Source: Paenibacillus swuensis (lineage in GTDB: Bacteria; Bacillota; Bacilli; Paenibacillales; DY6). Taken from it: 32,000 nucleotides of DNA. The position numbers and the translations under genes were made by a program. How positions within the stretch are numbered: position 1 is the stretch's first letter; the number at the start of each line of letters is the position of its first letter. Shown here one piece after another: positions 8,962-17,766 of this stretch. The stretch is from the NCBI RefSeq assembly GCF_001644605.1, contig NZ_CP011388.1, positions 4,957,752 to 4,989,751 of the forward strand, read 5' to 3'. Below the pieces are notes generated by a model. It was given only the letters and a program-made list of their open reading frames with translations. It did not search any database and was not told the DNA's origin.

Positions 8962-9951
8962 TTAGCCCACCCTGATTACAGTAACATCCCCGATAAAAGT
9001 GGACGTTACCAGCCTGATTTTCTTCTCGGCTTCTTTGAAGCTGGGTGTCTCCGCGCTCGTATTCTTGAACAGTCCGCCGATTCTCTTATCCAGTACCGTT
9101 GTATCCCCAAGAAAAGAAGAAGTAATCGCGTTAATACCTACTTCGTAATCGTTAGGAACCAACACTTTCACATCTCCGATAAAAGAAGAGACGTTGATTC
9201 TCGTTTCACCGTATGGGATTTGAGCTTTCGTTAAATCCAGAACGGTGTCTCCGATGAACTGCGAAATATTTAACGGCTCCAGCTCCCAGTAATCCTGACC
9301 CAGATGAATATCCCCGATAAAGCTGGATTTGGAGTGCTTGCTGTGAAAATGTGTATGGATATCTTGATGGATCTCTTGATGAATCATCTCGTGAACGTGA
9401 TGCTCGTAATGCTTATGATGATCTGCCTTGAACTGCTTCCATTCCTGCTTTTGGGAAGTCCAGTCAGGTGGTGTCGGCGTACTCAACTTTATTTCCGGAT
9501 CGGATTCCGGCGATTTCCCGGATTTTTTATCTGGATTCATTTCTGACTTGGGATCCAGCGGCCCGTCATGTGTATAAGGATTATGATAGGAAATTGAATT
9601 TTTACGCGGACGGAAGAAGAAACTCAACCCGATCACAATCAGCGCAATGGGAATAATCAATCGGATTAATTCTCCAAACGACATTTCAATAACGCCGAAA
9701 TTCTGACCCAAGAAGTAAAAGCCCAATACGACAGGTATAAGACTCCAAATCCACTGAGACCCGCCTTTTCCCCATTTCCACTGACTAAAGGCTCCCCAAG
9801 AGCCGAAGTAAATTAATACCAGAGGCCATAGATTTCCGATGAGTGATCCGATATCCACCTCAATCAGGTTAAATTCTTTCAGTAGAAACAGAGAGCCCGC
9901 TCCGATTAACAGCAACCCGATAATCATGCGATGAAATAATGTTCCGTTCAT
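8962..9951 (-). CDS. liaF: LiaF-like cell-envelope stress sensor-inhibitor: N-terminal TM region plus C-terminal DUF2154-type repeats
   Basis: There are 4-5 TM helices. The C-terminal half carries iterated FIGD motifs (SFIGDIHL, QFIGDTVL, SFIGDVKVLVP, SFLGDTTV, TFIGDVTV), typical of LiaF/VraT. The gene sits directly upstream of the liaS- and liaR-like genes. Confidence 0.75.
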   Translation of the reverse strand: MNGTLFHRMIIGLLLIGAGSLFLLKEFNLIEVDIGSLIGNLWPLVLIYFGSWGAFSQWKWGKGGSQWIWSLIPVVLGFYFLGQNFGVIEMSFGELIRLIIPIALIVIGLSFFFRPRKNSISYHNPYTHDGPLDPKSEMNPDKKSGKSPESDPEIKLSTPTPPDWTSQKQEWKQFKADHHKHYEHHVHEMIHQEIHQDIHTHFHSKHSKSSFIGDIHLGQDYWELEPLNISQFIGDTVLDLTKAQIPYGETRINVSSFIGDVKVLVPNDYEVGINAITSSFLGDTTVLDKRIGGLFKNTSAETPSFKEAEKKIRLVTSTFIGDVTVIRVG

Positions 9952-10041
9952 GGTTGTACGCCTCCGGCTATTTGTAACGTTTATATATTATATTGTAAAG
10001 AAATGAAAACATGGGTGCCAGCGTCGCCGGATGGAAAATGG

Positions 10042-10061
10042 TATCCGTCTGGAGACGGATA
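10042..10061. promoter_or_regulatory. Perfect 9-2-9 palindrome upstream of liaF. Candidate LiaR-type operator, or alternatively part of the MCP terminator region.
   Basis: The sequence is TATCCGTCT-GG-AGACGGATA. It lies about 50 nt upstream of a TATAAT hexamer that has no good -35 element, and about 90 nt upstream of the liaF ATG. Confidence 0.35.
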
Positions 10062-10070
10062 GGTTTGCCT

Positions 10071-10096
10071 AAAAAATAAAAACAGCACCACCTGTT
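10071..10096 (-). terminator. Weak intrinsic terminator after the MCP gene
   Basis: The minus strand reads AACAG-gtggtg-CTGTT followed by TTTTATTTTTT. The stem is only 5 bp. Confidence 0.35.
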
Positions 10097-10123
10097 CAGG
10101 GATACTGTTAGCCGCACAACAAA

Positions 10124-11671
10124 CTAAGAAATAATTAAATCCATTCCCACCACGCCTGCGGGGTTCCCGGAGGGATCCAGAATCACTTTCGACATCGTAA
10201 TGCACGGTTTCTTAGTAATGGCGGAAATATACACTGGTGACAGATATAGATGACCATCCATCGCCTGCTTCCACCATTCTCTGCCTTTAGCATTCAGCAA
10301 TCCGGCTTCGGGCAAGGAGAAAACGAAGGATCCGTCCGCGCGGTTAGACCATATCGCTTCAATCTCGGCATTCGCTTTCATATATCGGGTTAACCCTTCG
10401 GCATGACTCCGTTCGTCCAGCCCTGCCAGCTTAGGATCGGAAGCAATGGCCCCCAACAACGTTCGCATGGGCTCCAGATCCATGTCTACTTGCTGTGTCT
10501 GGGAAGTTACTCCTACTTGCTGTATCGAATGTATTAATTCGCTTGAGGAGCTCTTCAGCTTCTCATTCACCCGTTGCAATTTATTAATTTCGGTGCGTTG
10601 CGTATTCAATTGATGCAGTGTAACTTCCACACTCTCCAGCGTATTATTGACAGTATATACGACATCCTGAAGCATGTTTGTGGACTCCGCCATAAGCGAT
10701 GTTTGATGCGTACTTGAATCATTCGTCTGGCCCACAAGATGATTCACTTGCGATATCCGATTAAAGATGTCGTCCATGCTGTGTTGAATGTTCTGCATTT
10801 CATCTAACCCGCGCGCAACAGCCAGCTTCTCCTGTTCCACAGAAGCGACGACCTGACCTACGCCTTGTTCAATTGAATTCAGAATGAGCGATGAGCGTTT
10901 AACAGCCTCATTACTTTGTTCCGCAAGCTTCTTGATTTGCTGCGCAACAACGGCGAATCCTCTGCCGTATTCACCGGCATGGGCCGCTTCAATAGAAGCG
11001 TTCAGCGCGAGAAGCGAGGTTTGGGAGACCACTCCTTGAATAAAGGAGTTAATTTCCTCAATCTTGGAGGCATGATCCGAAAGCTCCCTGATCCGCTCGT
11101 CCATCGTTTGGTTATAGGAACGAAGAGAATCCATGACTTCATTCGTCTTCGTAAGGGACTGCACCACATGCATAACAACCGTTTGAGTGCTCTGGCTCTC
11201 GGTATTCATGTATGCCGAAGTATCACTGATCTGGTCGGCAGCGGCTGCCACTTCCTGCAAGGAAGAAAATGCTTCATTGATTCGGTTCACGGCCAACCGG
11301 CTGTGATTGCGTAACTGCTCCTCGATTTGCGTGGAACTGTCCGCGACACGGTTCAAGCCTTCAATCGATAAGTTCACTTCCTCGATAGCAGCATTTAACT
11401 GGTCCGATACCACTTGCGATTCATTCACGAACTGTACCACAGTTTCTATGGAGATGTCCCTCTCCATGTTTTCCTTATTCAGGCTTGTAATCCCAACATC
11501 TCCGCTTTGCTTATTCCAAAGGATGAAGGCCGCCGTAATCAACATCCCGCCAATGGACAGCAGACCTGCGGGTATAGACAGAAAACTGATCACACCTGCT
11601 GTAATAACTCCTACAATCCCCACCGTACGCAATTCTTTGTTCAGTCTAAGCTTCACCGCTTGTGTCCCCAT
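10124..11671 (-). CDS. Methyl-accepting chemotaxis protein: N-terminal TM hairpin, MCP signalling domain, then a C-terminal Cache/PAS-like domain
   Basis: The highly conserved MCP tip is [35 protein letters not shown]. The hydrophobic N-terminus is [36 protein letters not shown]. The start is refined to the ATG at 11671 (MGTQAV), which has a GGGGGAG RBS 6 nt upstream. The ORF-track start is 11698. Confidence 0.85.
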   Translation of the reverse strand: MGTQAVKLRLNKELRTVGIVGVITAGVISFLSIPAGLLSIGGMLITAAFILWNKQSGDVGITSLNKENMERDISIETVVQFVNESQVVSDQLNAAIEEVNLSIEGLNRVADSSTQIEEQLRNHSRLAVNRINEAFSSLQEVAAAADQISDTSAYMNTESQSTQTVVMHVVQSLTKTNEVMDSLRSYNQTMDERIRELSDHASKIEEINSFIQGVVSQTSLLALNASIEAAHAGEYGRGFAVVAQQIKKLAEQSNEAVKRSSLILNSIEQGVGQVVASVEQEKLAVARGLDEMQNIQHSMDDIFNRISQVNHLVGQTNDSSTHQTSLMAESTNMLQDVVYTVNNTLESVEVTLHQLNTQRTEINKLQRVNEKLKSSSSELIHSIQQVGVTSQTQQVDMDLEPMRTLLGAIASDPKLAGLDERSHAEGLTRYMKANAEIEAIWSNRADGSFVFSLPEAGLLNAKGREWWKQAMDGHLYLSPVYISAITKKPCITMSKVILDPSGNPAGVVGMDLIIS

Positions 11672-11744
11672 TCGAATCTCCCCCAAGGAATAGAGCATTC
11701 TATGTATATGTTAGAATTTCTTACATTATAATGGAAGTATATTC

Positions 11745-11774
11745 AAAAGAAAAGAGGGACTTTTCAGTCCCTCC
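11745..11774 (-). terminator. Rho-independent terminator after the SASP-like ORF
   Basis: The minus strand reads GAGGGACT-gaaa-AGTCCCTC followed by TTTTCTTTT. It sits 30 nt downstream of the TAA at 11804. Confidence 0.75.
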
Positions 11775-11803
11775 CTGAAGCTATTTAATAACCAAAACCT
11801 TCA

Positions 11804-11965
11804 TTACTTCGTCATGTTCTCGCTTGGAGCTTGTACGGATTGCTTTTTGCTCTTTGTAGTTGTCTCTTGAGCAAACTCCGTTTTAAATGCGTTTTGGTTT
11901 GCTTCTTGAGTGCTTGAGAAGTTTGAAGAAGATGCAGCCTTTTGGTTTACTTTGTTGTTTTTCAT
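11804..11965 (-). CDS. Small acid-soluble spore protein-like ORF (gamma-type-like), 53 aa, not in the ORF track
   Basis: My translation is MKNNKVNQKAASSSNFSSTQEANQNAFKTEFAQETTTKSKKQSVQAPSENMTK. The RBS is GGGAGGTG. The composition is Q/N/S/K-rich with no hydrophobic core. TEFAQET resembles the TEFASET germination-protease site of gamma-type SASPs. A forespore-type promoter lies upstream and a terminator lies downstream. Confidence 0.6.
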   Translation of the reverse strand: MKNNKVNQKAASSSNFSSTQEANQNAFKTEFAQETTTKSKKQSVQAPSENMTK

Positions 11966-12023
11966 TGCATTTCACCTCCCGAATTTTTTGCGCAATATGA
12001 AGGCGAGCCCTCATTTGCTCTTA

Positions 12024-12053
12024 TATTATGGGACACAGCCCCCCCTTTTATGC
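12024..12053 (-). promoter_or_regulatory. Candidate forespore (sigma-G/sigma-F type) promoter for the SASP-like ORF
   Basis: The minus strand reads GCATA, an 18-nt spacer, then CATAATA. This fits the remembered sigma-G consensus GHATR-N17/18-CATnnTA. Confidence 0.5.
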
Positions 12054-12090
12054 TTTCACAATTATGGGAACCAAGGCCGATGACGCTGAC

Positions 12091-12126
12091 CAAAATAAAG
12101 CGCACGGCCCTGGGAGCCGTGCGCTT
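12091..12126 (-). terminator. Rho-independent terminator after the 3D-domain gene
   Basis: The minus strand reads AAGCGCACGGC-tcccagg-GCCGTGCGCTT followed by TATTTTGG. Confidence 0.8.
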
Positions 12127-12147
12127 GGTAAGACATGAAGTTGGGCA

Positions 12148-12936
12148 TTATAAAGCTTGAGGCTTGCGTGTTTCCGCTTTGACCAACCGGTTTAAATCGC
12201 TCATCATGCGCTCATTAAACTTGCCGGTACCTGTGCGGATTACACGGACACCCACTTTCTTCTTGCCCCATTCTTTATAAATTTGATTCTTGGTATCAAA
12301 GTACAAATCAATCTTGTGACCTTTGATCGCCGATCCGGTATCCGCCACTACCCCGTACCCGTATCCGGGAATTAGCAGAATGGTACCGATCGGGAATACC
12401 CTGGGATCCGCTGCGATGGTGGATACGGTATCCCGCTTCACCTTAACACCTGAGTAAGTAATACCGTATGCTTTATCTCCAGGGCGCTTGCCTGTGGATT
12501 CAACACCGGCATAATACCCTGTTGCCGTTACTTCAACGGACTTGTAATTCTTTATATCTCGGCGCAACAAGGTTGTAATACCCTGTATCTCCGCGCTAAC
12601 CGCTTGCTCCTTGACCGCTGTTTGCCGTTTGGCCGTCGCCTGTTTGGCTGCCGGGGCAACCTGTTGAAGCGGCTTGGCTTGTTGTACCTTTGGCTTGGAA
12701 GCAGCCTGTACCGGTTGAACCGATTCTTCTCGGCTCCGTGCTGCATATATTGCTGTACCCTCCTGAACAGGCGCGGTATCGGATGTGCTTGGCACAACGC
12801 TCATGTACTCGCTTTTTCTCTGTTCAGGCTTGTCCCTCAGAAATGAACCCTCCAAGGGATATAACGCCGTAACCGCCAAGATGATCAGCAGAATAAAACC
12901 AACCCACTGCGGCCGGCTTAAAGAACCAACAGACAT
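12148..12936 (-). CDS. 3D-domain cell-wall protein (YuiC/YabE-like, MltA-type double-psi beta-barrel), membrane anchored
   Basis: The C-terminus VTATGYYAG...[13 protein letters not shown]...[43 protein letters not shown] is the 3D-domain signature. There is an N-terminal TM helix and an A/Q/K/P-rich linker. The start is refined to the ATG at 12936, which has a GGGGGAGG RBS 7 nt upstream. The ORF-track start at 12990 is GTG. Confidence 0.85.
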   Translation of the reverse strand: MSVGSLSRPQWVGFILLIILAVTALYPLEGSFLRDKPEQRKSEYMSVVPSTSDTAPVQEGTAIYAARSREESVQPVQAASKPKVQQAKPLQQVAPAAKQATAKRQTAVKEQAVSAEIQGITTLLRRDIKNYKSVEVTATGYYAGVESTGKRPGDKAYGITYSGVKVKRDTVSTIAADPRVFPIGTILLIPGYGYGVVADTGSAIKGHKIDLYFDTKNQIYKEWGKKKVGVRVIRTGTGKFNERMMSDLNRLVKAETRKPQAL

Positions 12937-13068
12937 TCGGATACCTCCCCCTAGTATACTAATTGTCCCTTTTCGAGGACATTCAAACACTAGGATTGGA
13001 TTTTTTCACAAAATAGACGCATTTGTAGGGTATCCAAAGTCTGTGATTCTATGCCGTAACCTTTGGCA

Positions 13069-15027
13069 TTAGAGCGTATTTGGCACTTCAACCAATTTAT
13101 TATGAATTTCTGAAAGAAGTCTCTGCTTTACCTCTTCAACGCTCTGCGCGCCTAGATCGCCTTCTCCGCGCTTACGGACAGACAAGGTATTCGAATTCAT
13201 TTCATTCTCGCCGACAACAAACATGTAAGGCACTTTCTCCAGCTGCGCTTCTCTGATTTTGTAGCCCAGCTTTTCATTGCGATAGTCCGCTTCCACCCGG
13301 ATTCCCGCGGCTTGTAACTGCTCTGTTACTTTGCGCGCGTAATCTTCAAACGCTGTGGATACCGGAATCACTTTAGCTTGCAATGGAGCGAGCCACAGCG
13401 GGAACGCGCCGGCAAAGTTTTCTAGCAGGAACGCGGTCATTCGCTCCATCGTGGAAATGATGCCCCGATGAATCACGACTGGACGATGTTTTTTTCCGTC
13501 ATCGCCCACATACTCAAGTTCAAAGCGTTCAGGAAGAAGGAAGTCAATTTGAGCCGTGGAAAGGGTCTCCTCTTTGCCTAAAGCCGTCTTGATCTGAACG
13601 TCAAGTTTAGGTCCGTAGAAAGCCGCTTCTCCTTCTTCCTCGAAGTAAGGAATGCCAACTTCCTCGGCAACTTCCCTCAACATGCTTTGAGCCAGATTCC
13701 ACATTTCATCGTTCTGGAAGTATTTCTCTGTATCCTTCGGATCCCGATAAGATAAGCGGAAACGATAATCTTTAATGCCGAAGTCGCTGTATACCTGTTG
13801 AATCAGAGTGATTACTCTGGCGAATTCTTCTTTAATCTGATCAGGACGGCAGAAAATATGGGCGTCATTCAGCGTCATCGCGCGAACCCGGTGTAACCCG
13901 GTCAGTGCGCCTGACATTTCATACCGGTGCATCGTTCCTAACTCAGCAATACGAATCGGTAAATCCCTGTATGAACGCATATCGCTCTTGAACACCATCA
14001 TGTGATGCGGACAGTTCATCGGGCGCAGAACCAGCTCTTCATTATCCAGCGTCATCACAGGAAACATGTCTTCCGAGTAATGTTCCCAGTGACCTGAAGT
14101 TTTGTATAAATCCACATTAGCCATAACAGGAGTATAGACGTGCGAATAACCGAGACTTTCTTCCAAATCAACAATGTAACGTTCCATGGTTCTTCTAAGC
14201 TTGGCGCCGTTGGGCAGCCAAATCGGCAAACCTTGACCTACTTCGCGGGCAAAAGTAAACATCTTCAACTCACGGCCCAATTTCCGGTGGTCGCGTTTCT
14301 TGGCTTCTTCCAATAACCGAAGGTGTTCATCTAAATCCGCCTTCTTGGGAAAAGCGGTTCCGTAGATGCGCTGTAACATCTTATTCTTGGAATCGCCGCG
14401 CCAATAAGCACCGGCAACGCTTAGCAGCTTGAATATCTTGATACGTCCTGTTGATGGCAGATGCGGCCCGCGGCAAAGATCGAAAAACTCGCCCTGATCG
14501 TAAATGGTCAAAATAACGTCTTCAGGCAAATCGTTGATCAGTTCCAGCTTCAGATTATCGTTTAATTCGGTGTAGATGGCTAACGCTTCTTCACGGCTGA
14601 CTTCCCTGCGGCGAATCGGCAAATTTTCATTCGATATTTTGGCCATTTCTTTCTCGATCTTATCCAGATCCTCAGAGCTCAGAGGTGTTTCAATATCGAT
14701 ATCGTAGTAAAAACCGTCTTCAATCACAGGACCGATGCCCAGTTTCACCGCTTGTTGTCCGTAAATCCGCTTGATTGCCTGCGCCATCATATGCGCTGTG
14801 GAATGACGATACATCTCCAAGCCGTCCTTGCTGTCTAGAGTCACAATTTCAAGGGACGCGTCTTCATTCAACGGATAGTAAATATCAACCACCTTTCCGT
14901 TCACTTTCCCTGCAACGGCATTCTTCTTTAATCCGGAGCTGATGGATCCGGCCACATCTTCAATGGTGCTTCCCGCGGCGTATTCTCTGACGGCGCCATC
15001 CGGGAACGTTACTTGTACTGCTGACAT
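13069..15027 (-). CDS. thrS: Threonine--tRNA ligase
   Basis: The protein has a TGS domain ([11 protein letters not shown]), an editing domain ([10 protein letters not shown]), class II motifs ([14 protein letters not shown]) and an anticodon-binding domain. The start is refined to the ATG at 15027 ([11 protein letters not shown]), which has a GGAGG RBS 8 nt upstream. The ORF-track extension to 15075 runs into the T-box terminator. Confidence 0.95.
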   Translation of the reverse strand: MSAVQVTFPDGAVREYAAGSTIEDVAGSISSGLKKNAVAGKVNGKVVDIYYPLNEDASLEIVTLDSKDGLEMYRHSTAHMMAQAIKRIYGQQAVKLGIGPVIEDGFYYDIDIETPLSSEDLDKIEKEMAKISNENLPIRRREVSREEALAIYTELNDNLKLELINDLPEDVILTIYDQGEFFDLCRGPHLPSTGRIKIFKLLSVAGAYWRGDSKNKMLQRIYGTAFPKKADLDEHLRLLEEAKKRDHRKLGRELKMFTFAREVGQGLPIWLPNGAKLRRTMERYIVDLEESLGYSHVYTPVMANVDLYKTSGHWEHYSEDMFPVMTLDNEELVLRPMNCPHHMMVFKSDMRSYRDLPIRIAELGTMHRYEMSGALTGLHRVRAMTLNDAHIFCRPDQIKEEFARVITLIQQVYSDFGIKDYRFRLSYRDPKDTEKYFQNDEMWNLAQSMLREVAEEVGIPYFEEEGEAAFYGPKLDVQIKTALGKEETLSTAQIDFLLPERFELEYVGDDGKKHRPVVIHRGIISTMERMTAFLLENFAGAFPLWLAPLQAKVIPVSTAFEDYARKVTEQLQAAGIRVEADYRNEKLGYKIREAQLEKVPYMFVVGENEMNSNTLSVRKRGEGDLGAQSVEEVKQRLLSEIHNKLVEVPNTL

Positions 15028-15029
15028 GT

Positions 15030-15364
15030 TAAAAGCCTCCTTATAGTCGTGTATCCGGGCAACAAAAAAACGCACACATCCCTGTAAGAAGGGACGAGTG
15101 CGTGCGCTCGTGGTTCCACCCTAAATTCGATCCGCGAAGGAATATCAGCATCCTGCTTGCGCTGTCCTTGCGATCCTCATTAGCATTCGTTAACGGAAAT
15201 GACCCGGTGAATGATACTTTCAAGCTTGTAGCCTGGGTTCCCATTCACTGCTGCAAAGGGGTAAATTCTGTATTGGTGCGGAAGGAAATTTCAGCTGGAT
15301 TCCTCTCTCTGGACCGTCAATTGCAGAATTATTGTCTTTGTTCATGGCATCCTATATCCAAGTC
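15030..15364 (-). promoter_or_regulatory. T-box riboswitch leader of thrS
   Basis: The minus strand carries the T-box motif AATTTAGGGTGGAACCACGAGCG (15105-15127), which overlaps the 5' arm of the terminator. The Stem I region contains AGAGAG and GCTGAAA elements and an AGTGAA/GGGAAC distal motif. The tentative Thr specifier is ACC followed by A, at 15275-15277. Confidence 0.8.
15064..15106 (-). terminator. T-box leader terminator
   Basis: The minus strand reads CGCACGCACTCGTCCC-ttcttac-AGGGATGTGTGCG followed by TTTTTTT. Confidence 0.85.
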
Positions 15365-15371
15365 TATCCCC

Positions 15372-15401
15372 ATATTAGCTTATACAGACGACAGCGGTCA
15401 A
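15372..15401 (-). promoter_or_regulatory. Putative sigma-A promoter for the thrS leader
   Basis: The minus strand reads TTGACC, an 18-nt spacer, then TAATAT, just downstream of the ytxC stop. Confidence 0.45.
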
Positions 15402-15444
15402 GGGTAGACGTAAATTAGAATCATTCTTTCCAAAAAACGGTTGT

Positions 15445-16362
15445 CTAAGTCAACGTGGATCGTTGTTCCTTACGGAAATCTCCCAAATGAGGCGAGCAAG
15501 ATCCGCAAAGCGTGCACAGGGTGGCTCGATCATCAAATATTTGCTTGATCGTCTTAATCACTTGCATTTCGGGTTCCCGGGTATGAATAAATACCTTTTG
15601 AGGGGATACGGTAATTAACGTGCTCACAATCATATCTTCATAATTGATATCTTTATCAATCATCTCCACCACGAACGTCTCCACCTGTTTCGTTTCGATG
15701 GGCTCGAAATCCTCATTCAACAGAATAAAGTCGTTTTCCCCTTTATGCATGAGGTGCGCCACGGGTATTTTGGCATCTTGAATATATACGAAATATTTTA
15801 ACAAAGCGATGAATTCCTGATACTGTTTATCCATCAGATACTCGTCTATCGCATATTCAACCACTTCGCGCAGTTCTTCCGCATAGGCATGAAGCCTGAA
15901 ATGAATGAAACCGTCGATGTTCACTTCAGGAAACTCTTCAAGATATGTGATAAAAGCCAAGGCGATCTGATTTTTTCTGCGTTTTCTCGCCTGATGACCT
16001 CCGATTTCTTCTTCGGACTGGTCCAAAATATGAAGCGTATAGGTTTCGATTTTTGAAATCTCATCCCTTATTTTGTAAGCATACTCGTTGATAATCATTT
16101 TTTTGATAATCCGCTCTTCATACTCTGCAAGAACATAAGAGGCTATACCGCGCCCCGCCCGTTCTCGGACCTTGTTTGCAAGCTCCGTATCGGTCTCATA
16201 CCAAGTACATCTTAACCCCACAAGTTCCTGCTCCGTCTCCGTATCTATGAACACCTTCAAAGAATCTATATGTAACTCCCGGAGTTCCTCCATTAACTCG
16301 CCGAACAGCTTATCAACCTGCGTCTCCGACCCTTTAGCCATCCACAAGGTAAACAGCTCCAT
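15445..16362 (-). CDS. ytxC: YtxC-like putative sporulation protein
   Basis: This 305-aa acidic protein sits immediately upstream of thrS, as ytxC does in Bacillus subtilis. The call rests on synteny plus a general resemblance, with no search run. Confidence 0.6.
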   Translation of the reverse strand: MELFTLWMAKGSETQVDKLFGELMEELRELHIDSLKVFIDTETEQELVGLRCTWYETDTELANKVRERAGRGIASYVLAEYEERIIKKMIINEYAYKIRDEISKIETYTLHILDQSEEEIGGHQARKRRKNQIALAFITYLEEFPEVNIDGFIHFRLHAYAEELREVVEYAIDEYLMDKQYQEFIALLKYFVYIQDAKIPVAHLMHKGENDFILLNEDFEPIETKQVETFVVEMIDKDINYEDMIVSTLITVSPQKVFIHTREPEMQVIKTIKQIFDDRATLCTLCGSCSPHLGDFRKEQRSTLT

Positions 16363-16473
16363 GACATCGCTCCTTTCTCTTCTCTACTCAAGTTTATGTT
16401 TCAAGAGAAACAGATATACGACGAAGCATTTGGAATCCCCGCGGGTGTATAAAATAACCTCTTTCCAATTGGG

Positions 16474-16522
16474 TTCAATAATAAAACCCCTAACATTCGG
16501 TGGATACCGAAGTCAGGGGTTC
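16474..16522 (-). terminator. Rho-independent terminator after the MqnC-like gene
   Basis: The minus strand reads AACCCCTGACTTCGG-tatccac-CCGAATGTTAGGGGTT followed by TTATTATTG. Confidence 0.75.
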
Positions 16523-16537
16523 TCGTTTCAGTTTACG

Positions 16538-17671
16538 CTAATTCTGCATAATAAAATCTTTGTTCACTGTGGCCGAAGCATCATCATATACACGCAAAAT
16601 CTCATATTTGGTGTTTCGCTGCGCAGGAATTTTACCTGCTTCACGAATCAGTCTGAGAATGGATTCGATGTTGACTTTATGCGTTGTGCCCGCGGCGGAT
16701 ACGACATTCTCTTCAATCATCGTGCTGCCGAAATCATTACAACCGTAGGATAGCGTGGTTTTGCCTACTTCAGGACCCATCGTTACCCAGGAGGACTGGA
16801 AATTGGCTACATTGTCCAGCATAATACGGGAAATCGCCAATGTCTTCAAGTACTCCTCGGGCGACACCTTCTCCGCTTTCATGTTCGTATTGTCCGGTTG
16901 GAAGGTCCATGGGATGAAAGCCAGGAATCCGGGCGTCTTGTAACCATGGCTCAAGCATTCATCCTGCGCGTCTCTGATTCTCTGCAGATGTAACGCCCGC
17001 TCCTCCATAGACTCTCCGAACCCGATGACCATCGTGCCCGTAGTGTGCATGCCAATGCGGTGCGCCGTTTGCATCACATCCATCCAGTCCCTCCAGGAGC
17101 CCTTCAGACGGCTGATTTTGCGTCTTGTGCGGTCATCGAGAATCTCGGCGCCGCCACCCGGCAGAGAGTCTAAGCCGGCTTCGTGCAACTCACGGACAAC
17201 CTGCTCGAGGGGTAATCCTGACACCTCAACCATCTTCATAATCTCCGCGGGGGAGAAAGAGTGCATCGTAATATCAAAGCGTTTCTTAATCTCTCGAAGC
17301 AAGTTCGTGTAATAACTGAATGGTAAATTGGGATTGGTTCCGCCCTGCATCAGAATCTCGGTTCCATCCACATCAAGCGTTTCCTGGATTTTCTGAAAAA
17401 TCGTTTCATCTGGCAATACATAACCTTCATCGGAATTCGGGGAACGATAGAACGCGCAGAATCGGCAATACACATCGCATACGTTCGTATAATTTATATT
17501 CCGCCCGACCACAAATGTGGTAATCGGCTCCGGGTGCCATTTCAGCATAATTTGGTTAGCTACATTACCTATCTTCTCAACCTGATCGGATTCAAACAAC
17601 GTGATACATTCTTCTGTATCAATCCGCACGCCGGTCGCAGCCTTATGTAAAATTTGTTCTACTGTACTCAT
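16538..17671 (-). CDS. mqnC: Radical SAM enzyme of the MqnC/MqnE/CofH family, most like cyclic dehypoxanthinyl futalosine synthase (MqnC)
   Basis: The radical SAM cluster motif is NINYTNVCDVYCRFCAFYR (CxxxCxxC). A GGTNP motif is present. The 377-aa length and overall layout fit the futalosine-pathway radical SAM enzymes. I cannot separate MqnC from MqnE by eye. Confidence 0.6.
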   Translation of the reverse strand: MSTVEQILHKAATGVRIDTEECITLFESDQVEKIGNVANQIMLKWHPEPITTFVVGRNINYTNVCDVYCRFCAFYRSPNSDEGYVLPDETIFQKIQETLDVDGTEILMQGGTNPNLPFSYYTNLLREIKKRFDITMHSFSPAEIMKMVEVSGLPLEQVVRELHEAGLDSLPGGGAEILDDRTRRKISRLKGSWRDWMDVMQTAHRIGMHTTGTMVIGFGESMEERALHLQRIRDAQDECLSHGYKTPGFLAFIPWTFQPDNTNMKAEKVSPEEYLKTLAISRIMLDNVANFQSSWVTMGPEVGKTTLSYGCNDFGSTMIEENVVSAAGTTHKVNIESILRLIREAGKIPAQRNTKYEILRVYDDASATVNKDFIMQN

Positions 17672-17766
17672 GGGGAGTCACTCCTTACTCGATCGAAATC
17701 CTGTTTCCTACATCGTATCACAAACACTCTCTACCGTCATCCACTGGCGAGCCTTAGAGCCTTAGC

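Noticed and set aside
9981-10205. A 74-aa minus-strand ORF spanning the MCP/liaF intergenic region
   Set aside because: It overlaps the 3' end of the MCP gene out of frame and runs through the terminator and palindrome region. There are no translation signals.
11942-12160. A 72-aa plus-strand ORF
   Set aside because: It covers the SASP promoter and the 3D-domain gene terminator on the opposite strand. It has no RBS.
12937-13068. Possible c-di-AMP (ydaO-type) riboswitch upstream of the 3D-domain cell-wall gene
   Set aside because: Such riboswitches often precede cell-wall hydrolase genes. This gap is only about 130 nt, and I could not find the conserved pseudo-two-fold ACGGGG/CCCG-type cores. 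A cmsearch with RF00379 would settle it.
15028-15407. ORFs 15041-15244 (-) and 15102-15407 (+), and the 16-codon N-terminal extension of thrS
   Set aside because: All fall within the T-box leader and its terminator. The thrS ATG at 15027 has a proper GGAGG RBS.
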